DNA from: the human T2T-CHM13v2.0 reference genome, Homo sapiens
Strand: one strand, 5' to 3'
DNA: 64,000 bases
Assembly (NCBI RefSeq): GCF_009914755.1
Contig: NC_060943.1
Shown: piece by piece, positions 1 through 19,338 of the stretch
Layout: every line of letters begins with the position of its first letter
Numbering within the stretch: position 1 is the stretch's first letter
Notes under the pieces: generated by a model
The model's database searches: none
What the model saw: only the letters and a program-made list of their open reading frames with translations
What the model was told of the DNA's origin: nothing
Made by a program: the position numbers and the translations under genes

Positions 1-614
1 GTTCTCACTGTCCCCAGATAACCTTTCACTGGATCTTCACATAGCTGGCCTACCAATCTGAAACAGACTGTCTGTCACTTAATATTTTATTGCCCTAATT
101 TTTAGCATAGCATCCATTCATACTAAATTCCTTCTTTATTAATTGAGAGCACTCCTAAGAACACGCGTCTTGTTTTATTGTGCAAGAAGGAGATTTATAA
201 TAACATTAATATCTGTTACCAATGTGTCTTGTTCATTGTCAAAGCCTTGGAAATATAATTTGAATAAAAAGGTTTTGGAATACTGAAAAGTCTTTAGAAA
301 TTTTTGTTCTGTCCTATGTTCATAGTCTTTGAAGAAAAAGTTATCATTCTGACTGTTTTTCATACTTGTTCATCTGCTTCGCTGGTTGTAATTGATGTCT
401 CTGCATTCCTAAACAAGATAAATACCTGGGGTTTGCTCTATTAAATCGGAAGATAATTGGCACTTTCCTCGTCTTCAACATGTGTAAACGGTGAGTGGAA
501 TCTAAAATCTGCTAGATTTCACAATTTAACAAGGGAGTGGTGTTGAAAGTCTTACCTCATTGAGGTTGGCAGACTGAATGCTTGATTCCAGTTGTCCCAT
601 GCTAACCTTGATGT

Positions 615-908
615 TCTTTTTTTTTTTTTTTTTTTAACTTTTAGGTTCAGGATACATGTGCAGGTTTATTATACAGGTAAATTGTGTGTCACAGGGCTTT
701 GGCGCACATATTATTTCATCACCAACATAATAAACATAGTGCTTTATAGGTAATTTTTGTATCATCTCCCTCCTCCCACTCTCCACCATCCAGTGGGCCC
801 TGGTGTCTGTTGTCCTTTTCTTTTCTCCATGTGTTCTCAATGCTCAGCTCCCACTTATAAGTGACAGCATGCAGTATTTGGTATTCTGTTCCTGCATTAG
901 TTTGCTTA
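615..908 (-). mobile_element. 5'-truncated L1 3' end (older L1PA/L1PB type)
   Basis: Poly(T) at 615-635, then reverse-complement L1 3'UTR (ggatacatgtgcaggtt...cccacttataagtgacagcatgcagtatttgg); flanked by direct repeat taaccttgat at 603-612 and 909-918. Confidence 0.85.
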
Positions 909-1272
909 TAACCTTGATATAGTTACGTGAACCAAATATCTTACTGTATTCTTTAAGGTAGTTATATAGAGCTGGATTTTAAATAGAAATTGGAAATAGA
1001 AAATTCTTCACCATGGTTACCTCGGATGTGTGGAATTAGAATATTGAAGCTGAGGTGGAGAGAGTGTTTATTTTAATATATTAAAATAGCATAGTATTTC
1101 TTTTTAATGTAATTTTTAAAAAATTAAAAAATTCCCAGTTTTATTTCCTTCCTATATATGCGTGTGTGTGTGTGTGTATACCCACACACACATCCCCACC
1201 CCCACCCCCACACGTACGTAATTGAGAGCATATCCAGATTTGGTAAATAAGTCTTCCTATAATAATGTAGGC

Positions 1273-1675
<403 letters not shown>

Positions 1676-2340
1676 TCACTTCTAGGGAACAGTCTCCTGT
1701 CATTTTATTGGTACCATCTCATCAATCACCAGCACGCTCAATTAATTCATTTTAGGACAACTCATCCATCTCTGTGGTCCTTCCACCTCCATGGGGATCC
1801 ATATGTGTGCACACAAACACATACACTTTTCATTCATAACGACAATAAAAAGTACAGCTCCCATTTTATTCTGCAAATATTTTGAGGTTAAGAGAAAGGG
1901 GAAGCTGGTTGAAATTCTGGTTCAACATTTGAGAGTTGCTGGTTGCTACAACAGTTGGTTGTTGAGAGATTGGACCCTTCCTTTCAGCCAGAAAAGAAAG
2001 ATAATGTTTGCCTGGATATTATTGGGTATTACAAGAGAAATAAACAAGCCAAGTACACGCGGGGAGGGCGCCATCTTGTTCTTGTTCCCGCCACTGCTCT
2101 GACGCAGCAAGAAGAAGTCAAAATCAGTTGGAGCTTCCAATCTACTGAGCCTCTACCTGCTTCTCCTTTCATTCACTGCCATCTTTTCTTTGCTGTTTGT
2201 TCACTTCTGGCTCCACGTTTATCCTTATGATCTTTCTTTTGCACATACTCTATCCTTAGCACTCTGTTCTTCTCCCACACCCACCAAACACCCACTTGGA
2301 AATAAACCCAAACATCGCCCTTCTCAGTGTGATCCCATGA

Positions 2341-3321
<981 letters not shown>

Positions 3322-3987
3322 TAAAAAAAACTCTCTCACATATGAATCCCCTCAAATCTACAAATCTGCTTATATCCACATGCACTTACATTTTCTTATA
3401 CCTCGTAACAATGGAAGACCAGTTTCTACCGAAGGTGACTCCACTCCCTCCTCCTGGGATCATCCCATCTCTTCCTTTTTTCTCTGGGCCTTCTATCAGA
3501 TATTTCCTCTCTACTATTCTTTGTTATTTCCTTTCATGTTTTTTTCCTTTTGAGATGAGGTCTTGCTATGTTGCCCAGGCTAGTCTCGAACTCCAGGGCT
3601 CAAGCAATCCTTCTGCCTCTGCCTCCCAAAGTGCTGGGATTACAGGCGTCAGCCACCGCTCCTGGCCTCTATAATCAAATTGGATTGTATCCAGATTCTG
3701 CTTACCGAACGATGCTCTGTGGCTTCTCTTTGGACTTAGCCAGCTCTCAAGTGCTGGCTTGCCCACTGCCTGGCTCCCAGGGCACTCACCATGGACCAGC
3801 CCCAGTGGCTTTCCCTCACTTTGTACAGCGCACCCATCTTTGTTGCCCTTGTTCGTGTGGTTCATATCTGACCCTTTTTAAACCTCACTCTGGTACTTTA
3901 TCTCCACACCTGTATTCCTACCTCAGGTATCACCTCAGTTATCACTTTTTTTCTGTTTTAGAAATATTCTTTATTAAGGTAATGCAT

Positions 3988-4291
<304 letters not shown>

Positions 4292-5048
4292 AAGGTAATG
4301 CATTTTTAATACACGTTATTTTTTAGAGCAGTTTTAAGTCACAGAAAAATTGAGTAGTAGGTATAAAAATTTCCATGTACACATAGCCACTGTGTTATCA
4401 ATATCCTCCACCAGAGTGGAACATTTGTTGCAATTGATGAATCTACATTGACACATCACTATCACCCAAAATCCATAAGCTTATTTTACTTCATTTATTT
4501 TATTTTAGAGGTGGGTCTCTCTTTCATCACAACTCAATGCAACCTTGAACTCTTGAACTCAGGTGATTCTCCTGCCTCAGCTTCCCGAGTAGCTGAGACT
4601 ACAAGTGTGTGCCACCATGCCTAGTTACATTTTTAAATTTTTTCTTTTGTAGAAACGGGGTCTTGCTATGTTGGTCCAGGCTGGTCTTGAACTCCTGGCC
4701 TCAAGCAGTCCTTCCTTTTTGGCCTCCCAAAGCGCTGGGATTATGGGCATAAGCCACCACGCCTACCCCATAGACTTAATTTTTAAAAGGGACTAATTTT
4801 ACACAGTTAGCAATTAAAGTGCTGAGGCTAAACTACAGATTTCCATATTAAAACCCCATAATCCTGAATCGAAAACCTCTAGTTATTTATAGTTAGATCA
4901 CCTTCAACTCACATCCCAGAAAAAAAAAAAAAACAAAAAAAAACCCTCTCTAATGAGAAAGGGTTCTCCTCTGCCAACAAAAACTCTAGGTTCTTTCCAA
5001 GGAGAATGATTAAACGTCTTCATCCCCCTCCCCTGGTAAATCTCACCA

Positions 5049-5191
5049 TCATTCACAGTATTTCCAAATTCGGTCCTTGTTAAAATTCTTGGTCAGTGAA
5101 CACCATTTTTTCCCAAATGCTTCCCCATCATCAGTACACTCCCAGTAGATCAAGCGTCTGTACCAGAAGGGAAATACACAGTTTGCAAAAT
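5049..5191 (-). CDS. BSPH1: BSPH1 last coding exon (second FN2 domain, stop TGA)
   Basis: ctgcag| acceptor; (D)FANCVFPFWYRRLIYWECTDDGEAFGKKWCSLTKNFNKDRIWKYCE*; donor TG|gtgaga 2 nt after the stop. Confidence 0.97.
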
Positions 5192-5709
5192 CTGCAGAGG
5201 AGGAAGAGGAAGAAGCAGAGTAAGAAACCTTTCTAATTTGCACCCACCTCCACCACACCATGCACACACATGCACACATATGCACACATGTGCATGCACG
5301 TGAACAAATGTGCACACATACACATGCACACTCACACAGACATACATGTATGCACACTGGTGCGCTCACACACACACGCGCAAATACACACTTTTGCTTC
5401 CTATTCAGTATCATCTGCTCTGCCCTATTTCACCAAAGGCACATGGGAACAATATTGGTGGGGGATTCAGATCCCACATCACTTTGCTGTTCTATTAAAA
5501 AGATTCTTTTCAAAATAATGTGGTTGAAATGCTCATAACATATCTATGGTGCAATGTGATTTTTATATCGTCAGAAATCGAACATCCTTTATTTTCACAA
5601 CTTAATTGGCTATGGATTCTATTTTCAGAACCCTCTTGTGTTTTGCCTCAGATCCCAGCCTCAGAGACCAAGATTACTGCTCTGAGGTATTTAGAGACAG
5701 GACACTCAC

Positions 5710-5841
5710 CTTCTGCACTGCAAAACTTCCAGTATCCTTCGTAGGTCTTGTTTAACGAGCACCACTTGTGTCTTGCCTTGGACTTGATGCAGTCATAATA
5801 TGTTCCATTTTTATAGTGGAATGGAAAGACACACTCCCCAT
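5710..5841 (-). CDS. BSPH1: BSPH1 coding exon 4 (first FN2 domain)
   Basis: ttttctctag| acceptor, AAG|gtgagt donor, 132 nt phase 1-1; (D)GECVFPFHYKNGTYYDCIKSKARHKWCSLNKTYEGYWKFCSAE with the four FN2 cysteines. Confidence 0.97.
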
Positions 5842-6336
5842 CTAGAGAAAACAAAATTCTTCCTCTGTTTCTGGGTGTGTTAGGAGAGAGGTTATCAAGC
5901 GACTGTCTTCCTAGGCGCTGTTGCCCTTTGAAATCAGAGTCATTGGCTGTGGCTGTAGTAAATGTTATTGTGCTACTCAATAGCAGAGCTTTGGCTCTCT
6001 AATGACAAAGCTCTTTTGTTTTATATTCCTGCCCCTGCCCTACTTCTTTTCCAGGTTATAAACAGTCTCAAAATTTTGCTTAGCATTTGCCCCAGTTTCA
6101 GAAATCTCTCCTAAGCGTAGAAATATAAATGTGGGCATTTATCTACCCAACAATTCTTCCCCCCTGCCCCTGGATCTCTTATTTTTACCTCTTTCCGTCA
6201 TCTCTCTTTCTCTCCCTCTCCCATGCAACTATACATGTGTGTATGTGTGTCACCTGGGTATATCTGTGTTGTATGGTTTTATATATATACTTATATATGT
6301 TATATGGTTTTGTATATATGCTGTATGGTTAATACA

Positions 6337-6373
<37 letters not shown>

Positions 6374-6503
6374 TAGGTGCATACACACATACAGGCACAC
6401 ATACATAATTTTTTGCTACCCTTCAAAATGAATCATATTTTATACTTGAGTTTCCGACTTAACACATCACAGAAATCTTCTTAAAGTGATTGTGTAGCCC
6501 TAA

Positions 6504-6614
<111 letters not shown>

Positions 6615-7908
6615 TAAATTTTTTGTAGAGATGAGATCTCACTATGTTGGCCAGGGTGGTCTCAAACTCCTGAGCTCAAGCATCTTCCTGCCTCGGCTTC
6701 CAAAAATGCTGGGATTACAGTCATGAGCCACTGAGTCCGGCCTTAACTTCTTTCTAATGCTGATTCATGTTCTGTGATATGGATTCAACACAATTTATTC
6801 AGTATTTCCACATTCAGATTTTTCCTACTGTAAATACAGCTGTAGTAAACATTTCACATATTTAAGTCCTTATGTATTGAAGCATTTGTTTCTATAGAAT
6901 CCCCAAAGCAAGGTTGCAAGGACACAATGTATATACAATTTTAACATTGATGAATATTGCTTTGTCAAAGGAAAATGGCAATTAGTCTTTCCCACCAATT
7001 GTGCTCCTTTACCTGAATTTTCATTAGCACGAAGCATTTACACACTTTAAAAATGTTTACCTGTATTACAGAAGATTTCTGCCTTGCTTTAAAAGATCTA
7101 CTGGTCTTTAGGCCATACATATATTTTCCATTTTCTTCTTAAATTAAACAATTTTGTTCCTTTTACATTTAAAATTTGATTAAGCTAGAATTTAGTTTTG
7201 TATATGATGCCAAAGGGCAATGCAACTTTATTTTCTTTCAAACATATTTAGTAATGACAGATCGATGATGAAATAAATCACCTGTACATTTAAACAATCA
7301 TGTTTAAAACCATGGATTATTCTAATATATCCTGGGATCCATTCTATATTTTCTATAAAGTTTCTTGAAATTATTAGAGAGGTAAGGAAGCATGGTGGTA
7401 AAATGAGCAGGCTCTGGAGCCAGCAAGCATCACAAAATATTTCTTCTTTTCTTCTCTCCTCTTCCTTCTCCTCCTCCTTCTTCTTCTTCCTCTTCTTCTT
7501 CCTTCCTCCCTCCTCCTCCTCCTCTTCCATTTTTCTAGGCTGATTCCATGTTGCTTATATTACAATATTTTAGTATGTCTACATATCTGATGAGACAAAA
7601 TATTTCTCTACTACAGCACTTTGTTCATACTTCTAATTATTATTGGATGTTTTTCTATATAAATTTTAAAATCTATTATTTCCTGTTAGATTGGCAGAAA
7701 TTAAAGAGTAGACACATTTAGTGCTGATGAAAGTTCAGAGTGACTTCTATACCTCTGTTTTCTTTATCTGTTTATGAGGCACTTATGTTACATTTTATAT
7801 AAGGAGAAAAAATGATTTTTTTTACTGGAAAAACATTACTGATTTCCTCACTTTTACAAAATTAAAAGAAAATATACATTAATAATCAAAGTTTTCTGAT
7901 CGACTTAC

Positions 7909-7938
7909 CTGTAACTTCTGGAAAATGAGTTATAGTTT
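7909..7938 (-). CDS. BSPH1: BSPH1 micro-exon 3 (30 nt)
   Basis: tttttcag|AAACTATAACTCATTTTCCAGAAGTTACAG|gtaagt encodes (E)TITHFPEVT(D), phase 1-1. Confidence 0.93.
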
Positions 7939-8787
7939 CTGAAAAATAAAATTTAGAGCTGACATTTATTTCACTATTATTAGGCTTTAAAATGGGCTCT
8001 TACGTAAAATAAAATTAAATAAAAATGTTAGTTTAGGAAAAAGTGATATTGTTATGGCATTATGTTTTCCATCCAAGAACATGGCATCTGCTCTTTTTCA
8101 AAATGTATTTTTTTGCTCTTCAATATGATTTTCTTATTTATTCTATATAAATCCTACACATTTCTCACAAATTTAATTCCAAAGTGCTTTTTTTTGGTCA
8201 CTGATGTTAAACAGAATGTTTTCCATTTCCATCAATGTCCAGTTGGTTCTTATCAGTATAGAGAAAAACTATTGACTGTTGTATGTTTATCTTGCATCCA
8301 GCCACATAGCCATATTACTTTATTAAAACTAATAATTTTTATTCATGTTCTTAGGGATTTAAGGTATACAATCATAAAATAATTTTGCCTGTTATTTTAT
8401 ATAGAGTTTGTCCTTTCTACAATATCACTTATGTTAGAACCTAAAATAGTGTTAATGTAACACCCCTGTGCTTTCCTAGTTTTAATTGGTATGACACTTA
8501 GATTAAGAATGTTTATTTCAGCATGATTAGTATTAGATTAAAAATAATAATTAAAAAATATTCATCCCTGAGGGAATTTTAAAATGAAATTGGCTTTATA
8601 ATATCAAGTAGGCATTAATAAAGATGAGTATATAAATAGATACGGAAAAATTTGTACTTCATTTTTAGGTGGCAAAAGGCATTTTCTATTTCCTTCTTTT
8701 CCAGAATACTTGATTTTTGCTAAAAATCACATTATGAAGTTACATGTAATGACATGTTTAATCACCCAAAAGTAAAATTAACAGTAA

Positions 8788-9081
<294 letters not shown>

Positions 9082-9259
9082 TCTTCTTCTTTTTTCTTAA
9101 CATTTTTAACATGAAATTTACTTTATATATAAGTACATAAAATAGTAATCTTTAATGAAAAGTATGATTTCTTACCAGGAAAGGGAATACTCAATGGTTT
9201 CACATTTTATTGCAAAAATTTGAAAAGAAACGCTAATAAAAGTTTTTTGATCAACTCAC

Positions 9260-9280
9260 CCACAGTTGATGATAATTCAT
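9260..9280 (-). CDS. BSPH1: BSPH1 micro-exon 2 (21 nt)
   Basis: tgtttttcag|ATGAATTATCATCAACTGTGG|gtgagt encodes (N)ELSSTV(E), phase 1-1. Confidence 0.93.
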
Positions 9281-10924
9281 CTGAAAAACACAATTTTGAA
9301 CAAATATTTATGTCACTTTAAAATAAAAGAGATGAAAGGATTTCACCAATTTCTATTCTAGTAAGAATAATACTATTTTGAAAGTTAGACATCAAAGTTC
9401 AATAGAGCTTATTTTTAGTAGTGTGATTGTGGGTGATTTCTTACTTTCCTTTTGCTTTAATTGTATTTTTCAAATATTATTAAAGGATAGGAATGATTAA
9501 AATTATTTTTAAAACAAAAAATTCAGCAGGCAAAGGAAATGATTTACTTTTCTCACATTTTTCTATAAAATAAACCACTTCATCATAGGTTTCTGATATG
9601 AACACTATAGGTTTTTATTTCTGTCACCACTTCTCACTGAATACCTGAATTCTACTATTAGAGATTCATGTCTTTGGAGTTGCCACTTTCAAAATGGAAA
9701 CCTCTTCCTCTAGGAGGGAAAAATAAGAATGATACCTCTGAGGTATGTAGGAAATGCAAATAAATGCTCTGAACGTCTTCTCTATCCTGGGCACTATATT
9801 TTATTTAACTTATCAGAACAATTTTGTGAGGCAGGCATTGTTTCCATCATCTTAGAGATAAAGTTCAGAAATGTTAGGTTCCATTAAATTAAAAAAGTTA
9901 AGCATATGGCAATTCAATTTGAATCCCCCCGGAGGGGTTGGTTCAGTAGGAAGTAACGGCCCAAACCCTGGCACAGGCTCAACCACTTACCAACCATCTG
10001 CCCTCAGTTTACTCTGCTGTAAAATGGAGAGAGAACATTAGGATGTCAAGTCCTCCCCAGTTTGAATATCCTAATATTCTTGGAATGAAGGAAACTGCCT
10101 GATAGCTTTACTTTTTTTTTTTCTTAAAGCAGCATTTTTCAACCATTGTTCCTTCATGAGCCATTCAACCTGTAATATTTACCTCCCCCTCCTTAGAACT
10201 TGAATTTTTTGTTTTGTTACTTTGCATGGTTCCTGATGAAGTGATTTTAGGCAAAGGCTATTTGATTTAAAACCAGCATGTTTTAGTTAAATATTACATA
10301 ACTGTTACAAAGTTCATTTAATTGAGGCTTTAAGAACAGTCATAACTTTAGGATGAAATACAACATAGAATGAATTGTAGAATAAATATAGAGTGAAAAA
10401 TTTGATTTTTTCCCAAATAGCCCGTAATAGATGATGCTTAATAACCATTAAGATGATGTCAGATAGAAAAGCACAATTTACCAACAAGTAAATTTACAAA
10501 TGTCATGTTTGGTTAAGAGAACATCCACGTACTATAATGTAATTAGCAGATATCTCTCATATTAAAGCATTATAACTCGACATATTCTGTGTTCATAACT
10601 AGTTCATCAAATTTGTGGATTACACTTGAAAGAGCAATGACTTAATTTTTTATTTTTTGAAAAGATTTTTGCAAAAGCAATGATTTTAATTCTGAATTTG
10701 TTGTGTATATTTCATTTATTACTGACGATTTTGCTATTTGCTCGTGTTTATTCATTCCACAAGTTTGTTTTTCAGCTAAATTGTCCTGGCTGCCATTGTG
10801 GCTTGAAATTAAAACGTTTTTCCTTAGGCACATCTTATTTAAGAAATAGTCATAATGGACCAGCACAATGGTTCACAAGCTTTGTTGCATATTAGAATCA
10901 CCAGCTGAGTTTTTAAAAACCCAG

Positions 10925-11410
10925 ATCCCTTCCACTTCTGGGTATATATACAAAATAATTGAAAGCAGAGACTCAAACAAATATTTGTAAACCCATGTTC
11001 ATGGTAGCATTATTCATAATAGCCAAAAGGTGGAAAGAACCCACATGTCCGTGAGCAAATGAGTAAATAAAGAAAATATGGTAGACACATACAATGGAGT
11101 ATTATTCAGCATTAAAAAGGAACAAAATTTGAATAGATGCCACCACATGGATGCACTTTGAAAATACTAGGTTAAGTAAAATAAGCCAGACACAAAAAGA
11201 CAAATATTATATGATTCTACTTATATGAGGTAACTAGAATAGTCAAATACATAGAGACAAAAAGCAGAATGGTGGTTGTTAGGAGCTGGAGGGAGGGAGG
11301 AATGGGGAGTTATTATTTAATGGGTGCAGAGTTTCAGTTTGGGACAATGAAAAGGCTCTGGAGATAGATTGCACAATTTGAATGCATTGAATGCCACTGA
11401 ACTGTGCACT
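10925..11410 (+). mobile_element. Old L1 (L1M-type) ORF2 end/3'UTR fragment
   Basis: cccatgttcatggtagcattattcataatagccaaaaggtgg...aagtaaaataagccagacacaaaaagacaaatatt are typical L1 3' motifs. Confidence 0.8.
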
Positions 11411-12173
11411 GGTTCCAGTATATAGGGAAGATCTCACGATGAAGGGATCTGCATTTATTCAGCCAGTCCATCAACCCACTCATGTAGACAACAAATATGG
11501 ATTGAATGCCTACTATGTGCCCAGCCTAGTGCTAGGTTCTGGGCTACCCAAAAAGGGAGTGGCTGAAATGGTAGACTCTGGACTACAGAAACCATGAGAT
11601 TCAGGTGGGAATCCAAGATCAATGGACTCATCAGGAGTTAAGCTTGTCTTTCTCTGAAATATGGGGATTATAATTGTTTCTACTTCCTGGATTTGTTGGG
11701 TTCATTCAGTATGCATTCCATAGTGAAACTATTAGGAAATGGATTTTGGTTTTGAGGATCATGATAGGCCTGATTTCATGAATGGGGAGATACAGACGAG
11801 TGATTCCAACATAGCCTGTCTGCTAAGCACTATGATCTTAGAACAGGTATCACCAGGTAAGCATCAGAATGCAACATCCCCATATCATAAACACAGTGCA
11901 CCATCCTCGGTGCTATAAAATTATGAGTCCCCACTCAAACGTCCCACTCTGATTAACACCAGAAATTCTGCCATCCACCTGGTGGATCATTTGTTGTGAA
12001 TGTTGGGATGTTATGTTTCAAAAAATACCTTGCAAGTACAATGCAACTGCAAAGCAAGTGGACTACAAAATGAAGCCGGTCACTTTGTGAAAGATGCAAG
12101 AATGTATGAATTTAATGACAGTGATACAACAAAGTTAAAAAGAGCACATATTGTAACTCCATAAGGGCTTTGA

Positions 12174-12522
<349 letters not shown>

Positions 12523-12889
12523 TAAATATATATAATATGTATATTATACATAAAATATAAATATATATATTATATATTTTTAAATTCAAAGGATTAAGAA
12601 GGGCCCCTAAAAATTAATATAGTCCTAGAATTAGTCTTAGAATACTTATACAAAACTGGCTTTCTTTATGACCCTTTGAGGAAAGTGTAGAATGGAAGAA
12701 GACAAAGCTATGCACTGGAAAATCGTAACAATTTTGTCAGGAAAGTCCTGCATCCCAATTCTTTTCATTCTCAAGAATTCACCTTTGGTCATAATTCAAG
12801 CTAAATTCTGTTATAATATATAAGGTTTTAAAAATACCCTTATTTGAAATAAAAATGAGTCTCATTTTTTCAGTTAAACCCAAATCGAA

Positions 12890-13565
<676 letters not shown>

Positions 13566-13574
13566 TTAAAAGAA

Positions 13575-14361
<787 letters not shown>

Positions 14362-14800
14362 TTATTCTTCCAAGCTACGGAGCCCCAGAGGAGGGAGGAG
14401 TCTGGGGAAGCTGGTCGAACAGACTAGGGAAAAAAAGCTGCAGTGGCCTCCCTATCGTGGGGAATTGCTGTAGCCTGCTACATGGTAGTCCTACGATCCT
14501 AACTTGGCCAAGATTCTTGTTTGGGTTCAAGAGCTGGGTCAGGAGTCTTCCCAAAGTGCTGCACTTGCTGTTCCATTCTATGTTCAATGGAATACAGCAC
14601 AAGATAGAAGACAAAACTTACGAATCTAGAGAATGTCAGAAGGCCTGGAAGAGCACTGGTGAAGAGCAATAACAATGAATGGGGAGGAGTTGGGGTCCTT
14701 GGGTACCAAACCATGGGAGGCTCATCCCCCAGACAGGAGAGCCGCGTGGCCTCTGTGATTGCTTCTTCCTTGGTTTTGTGCTGTAGAATTTTACTGGTCA

Positions 14801-15076
<276 letters not shown>

Positions 15077-15139
15077 CTATCTAAAAATAAAATAAAATAA
15101 AATAAAAATAAAAAAAATCTAGACAAAGTACCATAGACT

Positions 15140-15530
15140 GTTTGGTCTAGAGCAATAGACATTTATTGTCTCACAGATCTGGAGGCCAGAAGGCCAAAAT
15201 GCCAGGGTTGGTTCCTTCTTAGGAGCTCAGAGGCAGAAACTATTCCATGCCTCTCTCCTTGCTTTTGGTGGCTGCTGGCAAGCTGTGGCATTCTGTGACT
15301 TGTGGCAGCATCACTTTAATCTTTTCTTGTGACTATGCGTGCTTGTCTTCCCTGTGTGTGTCTGTTTCCTCTTCTTATAAAGATACCAGTCATTGGATTA
15401 GGGCCAACCCGTATCCATTGTGACTACATCTTAATTACCGACATCTGCAAGGACCTATTTCAAATACAGTCATATTCACAGATCTCTGGTAAACATGAAT
15501 TCTGGAAGGACACTATGCAATGCAACCCCA
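15140..15530. mobile_element. MaLR (MLT1-type) LTR
   Basis: atttattgtctcacagatctggaggccagaagg...cattggattagggccaaccc...catattcacag motifs. Confidence 0.7.
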
Positions 15531-15635
15531 GACAGTGAGGATGAAGACGAAGAATTTGAGTGTCACTAGACAATCCAGTTTGTGGAGGCTAAAACACCTC
15601 TGTCTTGGGTGCTAATTCGCCGTGTTGGTTTCTGA

Positions 15636-15914
<279 letters not shown>

Positions 15915-16725
15915 TAGGTCCCACTATGTTTCCCAGGCTGGTCTCGAATTCCTGGGCTCAAGCAATCCTCCCACCTTGAACTATGCATGGCCAGAGCTTG
16001 TCTTTACTATTGATCCTGCCCTTAGGTCAAAACAACCTTGATCAAAGAACCTTTAGGCAGGGCTGGGTGTGGTGGCTCACAGCACTTTGGAAGGCGGAGG
16101 TGGGCAGATCGCTTGAGCTCAGGAGTTTGAGACCTGCCTGGGCAACTTGGCGAAATCTTATCTCTACCAAAATTACAAAAAAATTAGCTGGGCATGGTGG
16201 TGTGCTCCTGTGGTTCCCGTACTGGGAGGCTGAGTTGGAGGATTAATTACTTCAGTCCCGGGAGGCGGAGGTTGCAGTGTGCTGAGATCACACCACTGCA
16301 CTCCAGCCTGGGTGACAGAGTGAGCCCTTGTCTCAAAAACAAATAAAATAAAATAAAAATAAAAATTACAAAATCAGAAAAATTTTAAAAATTAAAAAAA
16401 GAGAAAATCCTGCCGTTTTCAGTAACATGGATGAACCTGGAGGACATTATGCTAAGTGAACCAAACCATTCACAGAAGGACAAATATTGCACGATTCCAC
16501 TTGTATGAGAAGTTTAAAGTAGTTAAACTCACTCTGTGAGTATCGACTACTAAATCCAAACCCTTATCCTGCCTCTTTAATACTGTAATAGTACTTTTGG
16601 TACTATAATAGTAGTAATAATGACTTAATGATAACAGTTCTGTTCTGAGCGTCACGCATGCTAACCCATTTAATCTTCCAGCAACCCTGGGAGTCAGCAA
16701 GAATCACGATCCTCCTGTTTCAGAT

Positions 16726-18016
<1,291 letters not shown>

Positions 18017-18325
18017 CTTCCGCTTATTTGTGACGACATCTTATTATCTGCAAGCCGGATTGCTGTGGGGACCCAGCTGTTATTGTCTGTATTGAATTCG
18101 ACCAGCATCAAAAACTTGCAGTTTGCTACTCAGTAGCTCAAAAGAAACTCTTAAGAGACAATAGGCTGTGTGCGGTGGCTCCTGCCTATAATCCCAGCAC
18201 TTTGGGAGGCTGAGGTGGGTGAATCACCGAAGATCAGGAGTTCGAGACCAGCCTGGCCAACATGGTGGAACCTGGTCTCTACTAAAAATACAAAAATTAG
18301 CTGGGCATGGTGGCACGTGCCTTTA

Positions 18326-18565
<240 letters not shown>

Positions 18566-19338
18566 TCATTTAAAATACAGGCTAACGAGCCCGGGGCCCA
18601 TGAGTTTTTATTCTCTGATGCATTATTAAAAGAAATGCTTCATCAGTAAGGCTCTGAATAGCACAAGTATTATGTGGAAAAATATGACATCCATAAATTA
18701 GGAGACCAGACATTGACAGCGGAGAAGCTTTAGGATCGTCTTAATTTGCCTTTTTCCACTTATCTATATTCCTTTTTATGTATCTACAAACATGATGTCT
18801 GATTTAAAAAAAAAACCTGTGGCCAAGTACAGTGTTATTTTTCAGTAAGTATAAAATAATTCTAGTGGATAAGAAAGCAGTGGTCATAGTTACATTGGGA
18901 GTATATTTTCTTTTCTGTTCTTTAAAAAAAAATAGCAAGCAGTGTTATTTTTTTTTAATGCAAAGATGTCCTGAAGAATACTTAAAAGAAATATCTGCAA
19001 GATCATTCTTCTTGGTCATTCCATAAAAAATTGTTTTTGAAACTATGCTTAGTCCTCATCAAACGTTGTCAGATGCATCCATAGTGAATTCCCTTCTTAT
19101 TTTTCTATTTCGCTTCATAATTGTTACAGGCAACACGACTTTGGAAAAGGAATAAAATCGACTTTATGAAAATTAGTCTCATTTTCAAAACCTCTGCAGG
19201 AGGCATTTAAAATCTCCTAGCATGAAGGGAGGAGACACATGGTTTTCAAGTAACATGTCACTAGGATTTTCCAATTTACATTCTTAGTCTTTCATTATTT
19301 TATTAGCCGAACTTTCTTATTTTTTAAAAAATCTTTAC

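Noticed and set aside
175-363. 62-aa minus-strand ORF MKNSQNDN...
   Set aside because: Spans the candidate D-E intron and uses a different frame from the spliced model; no independent support
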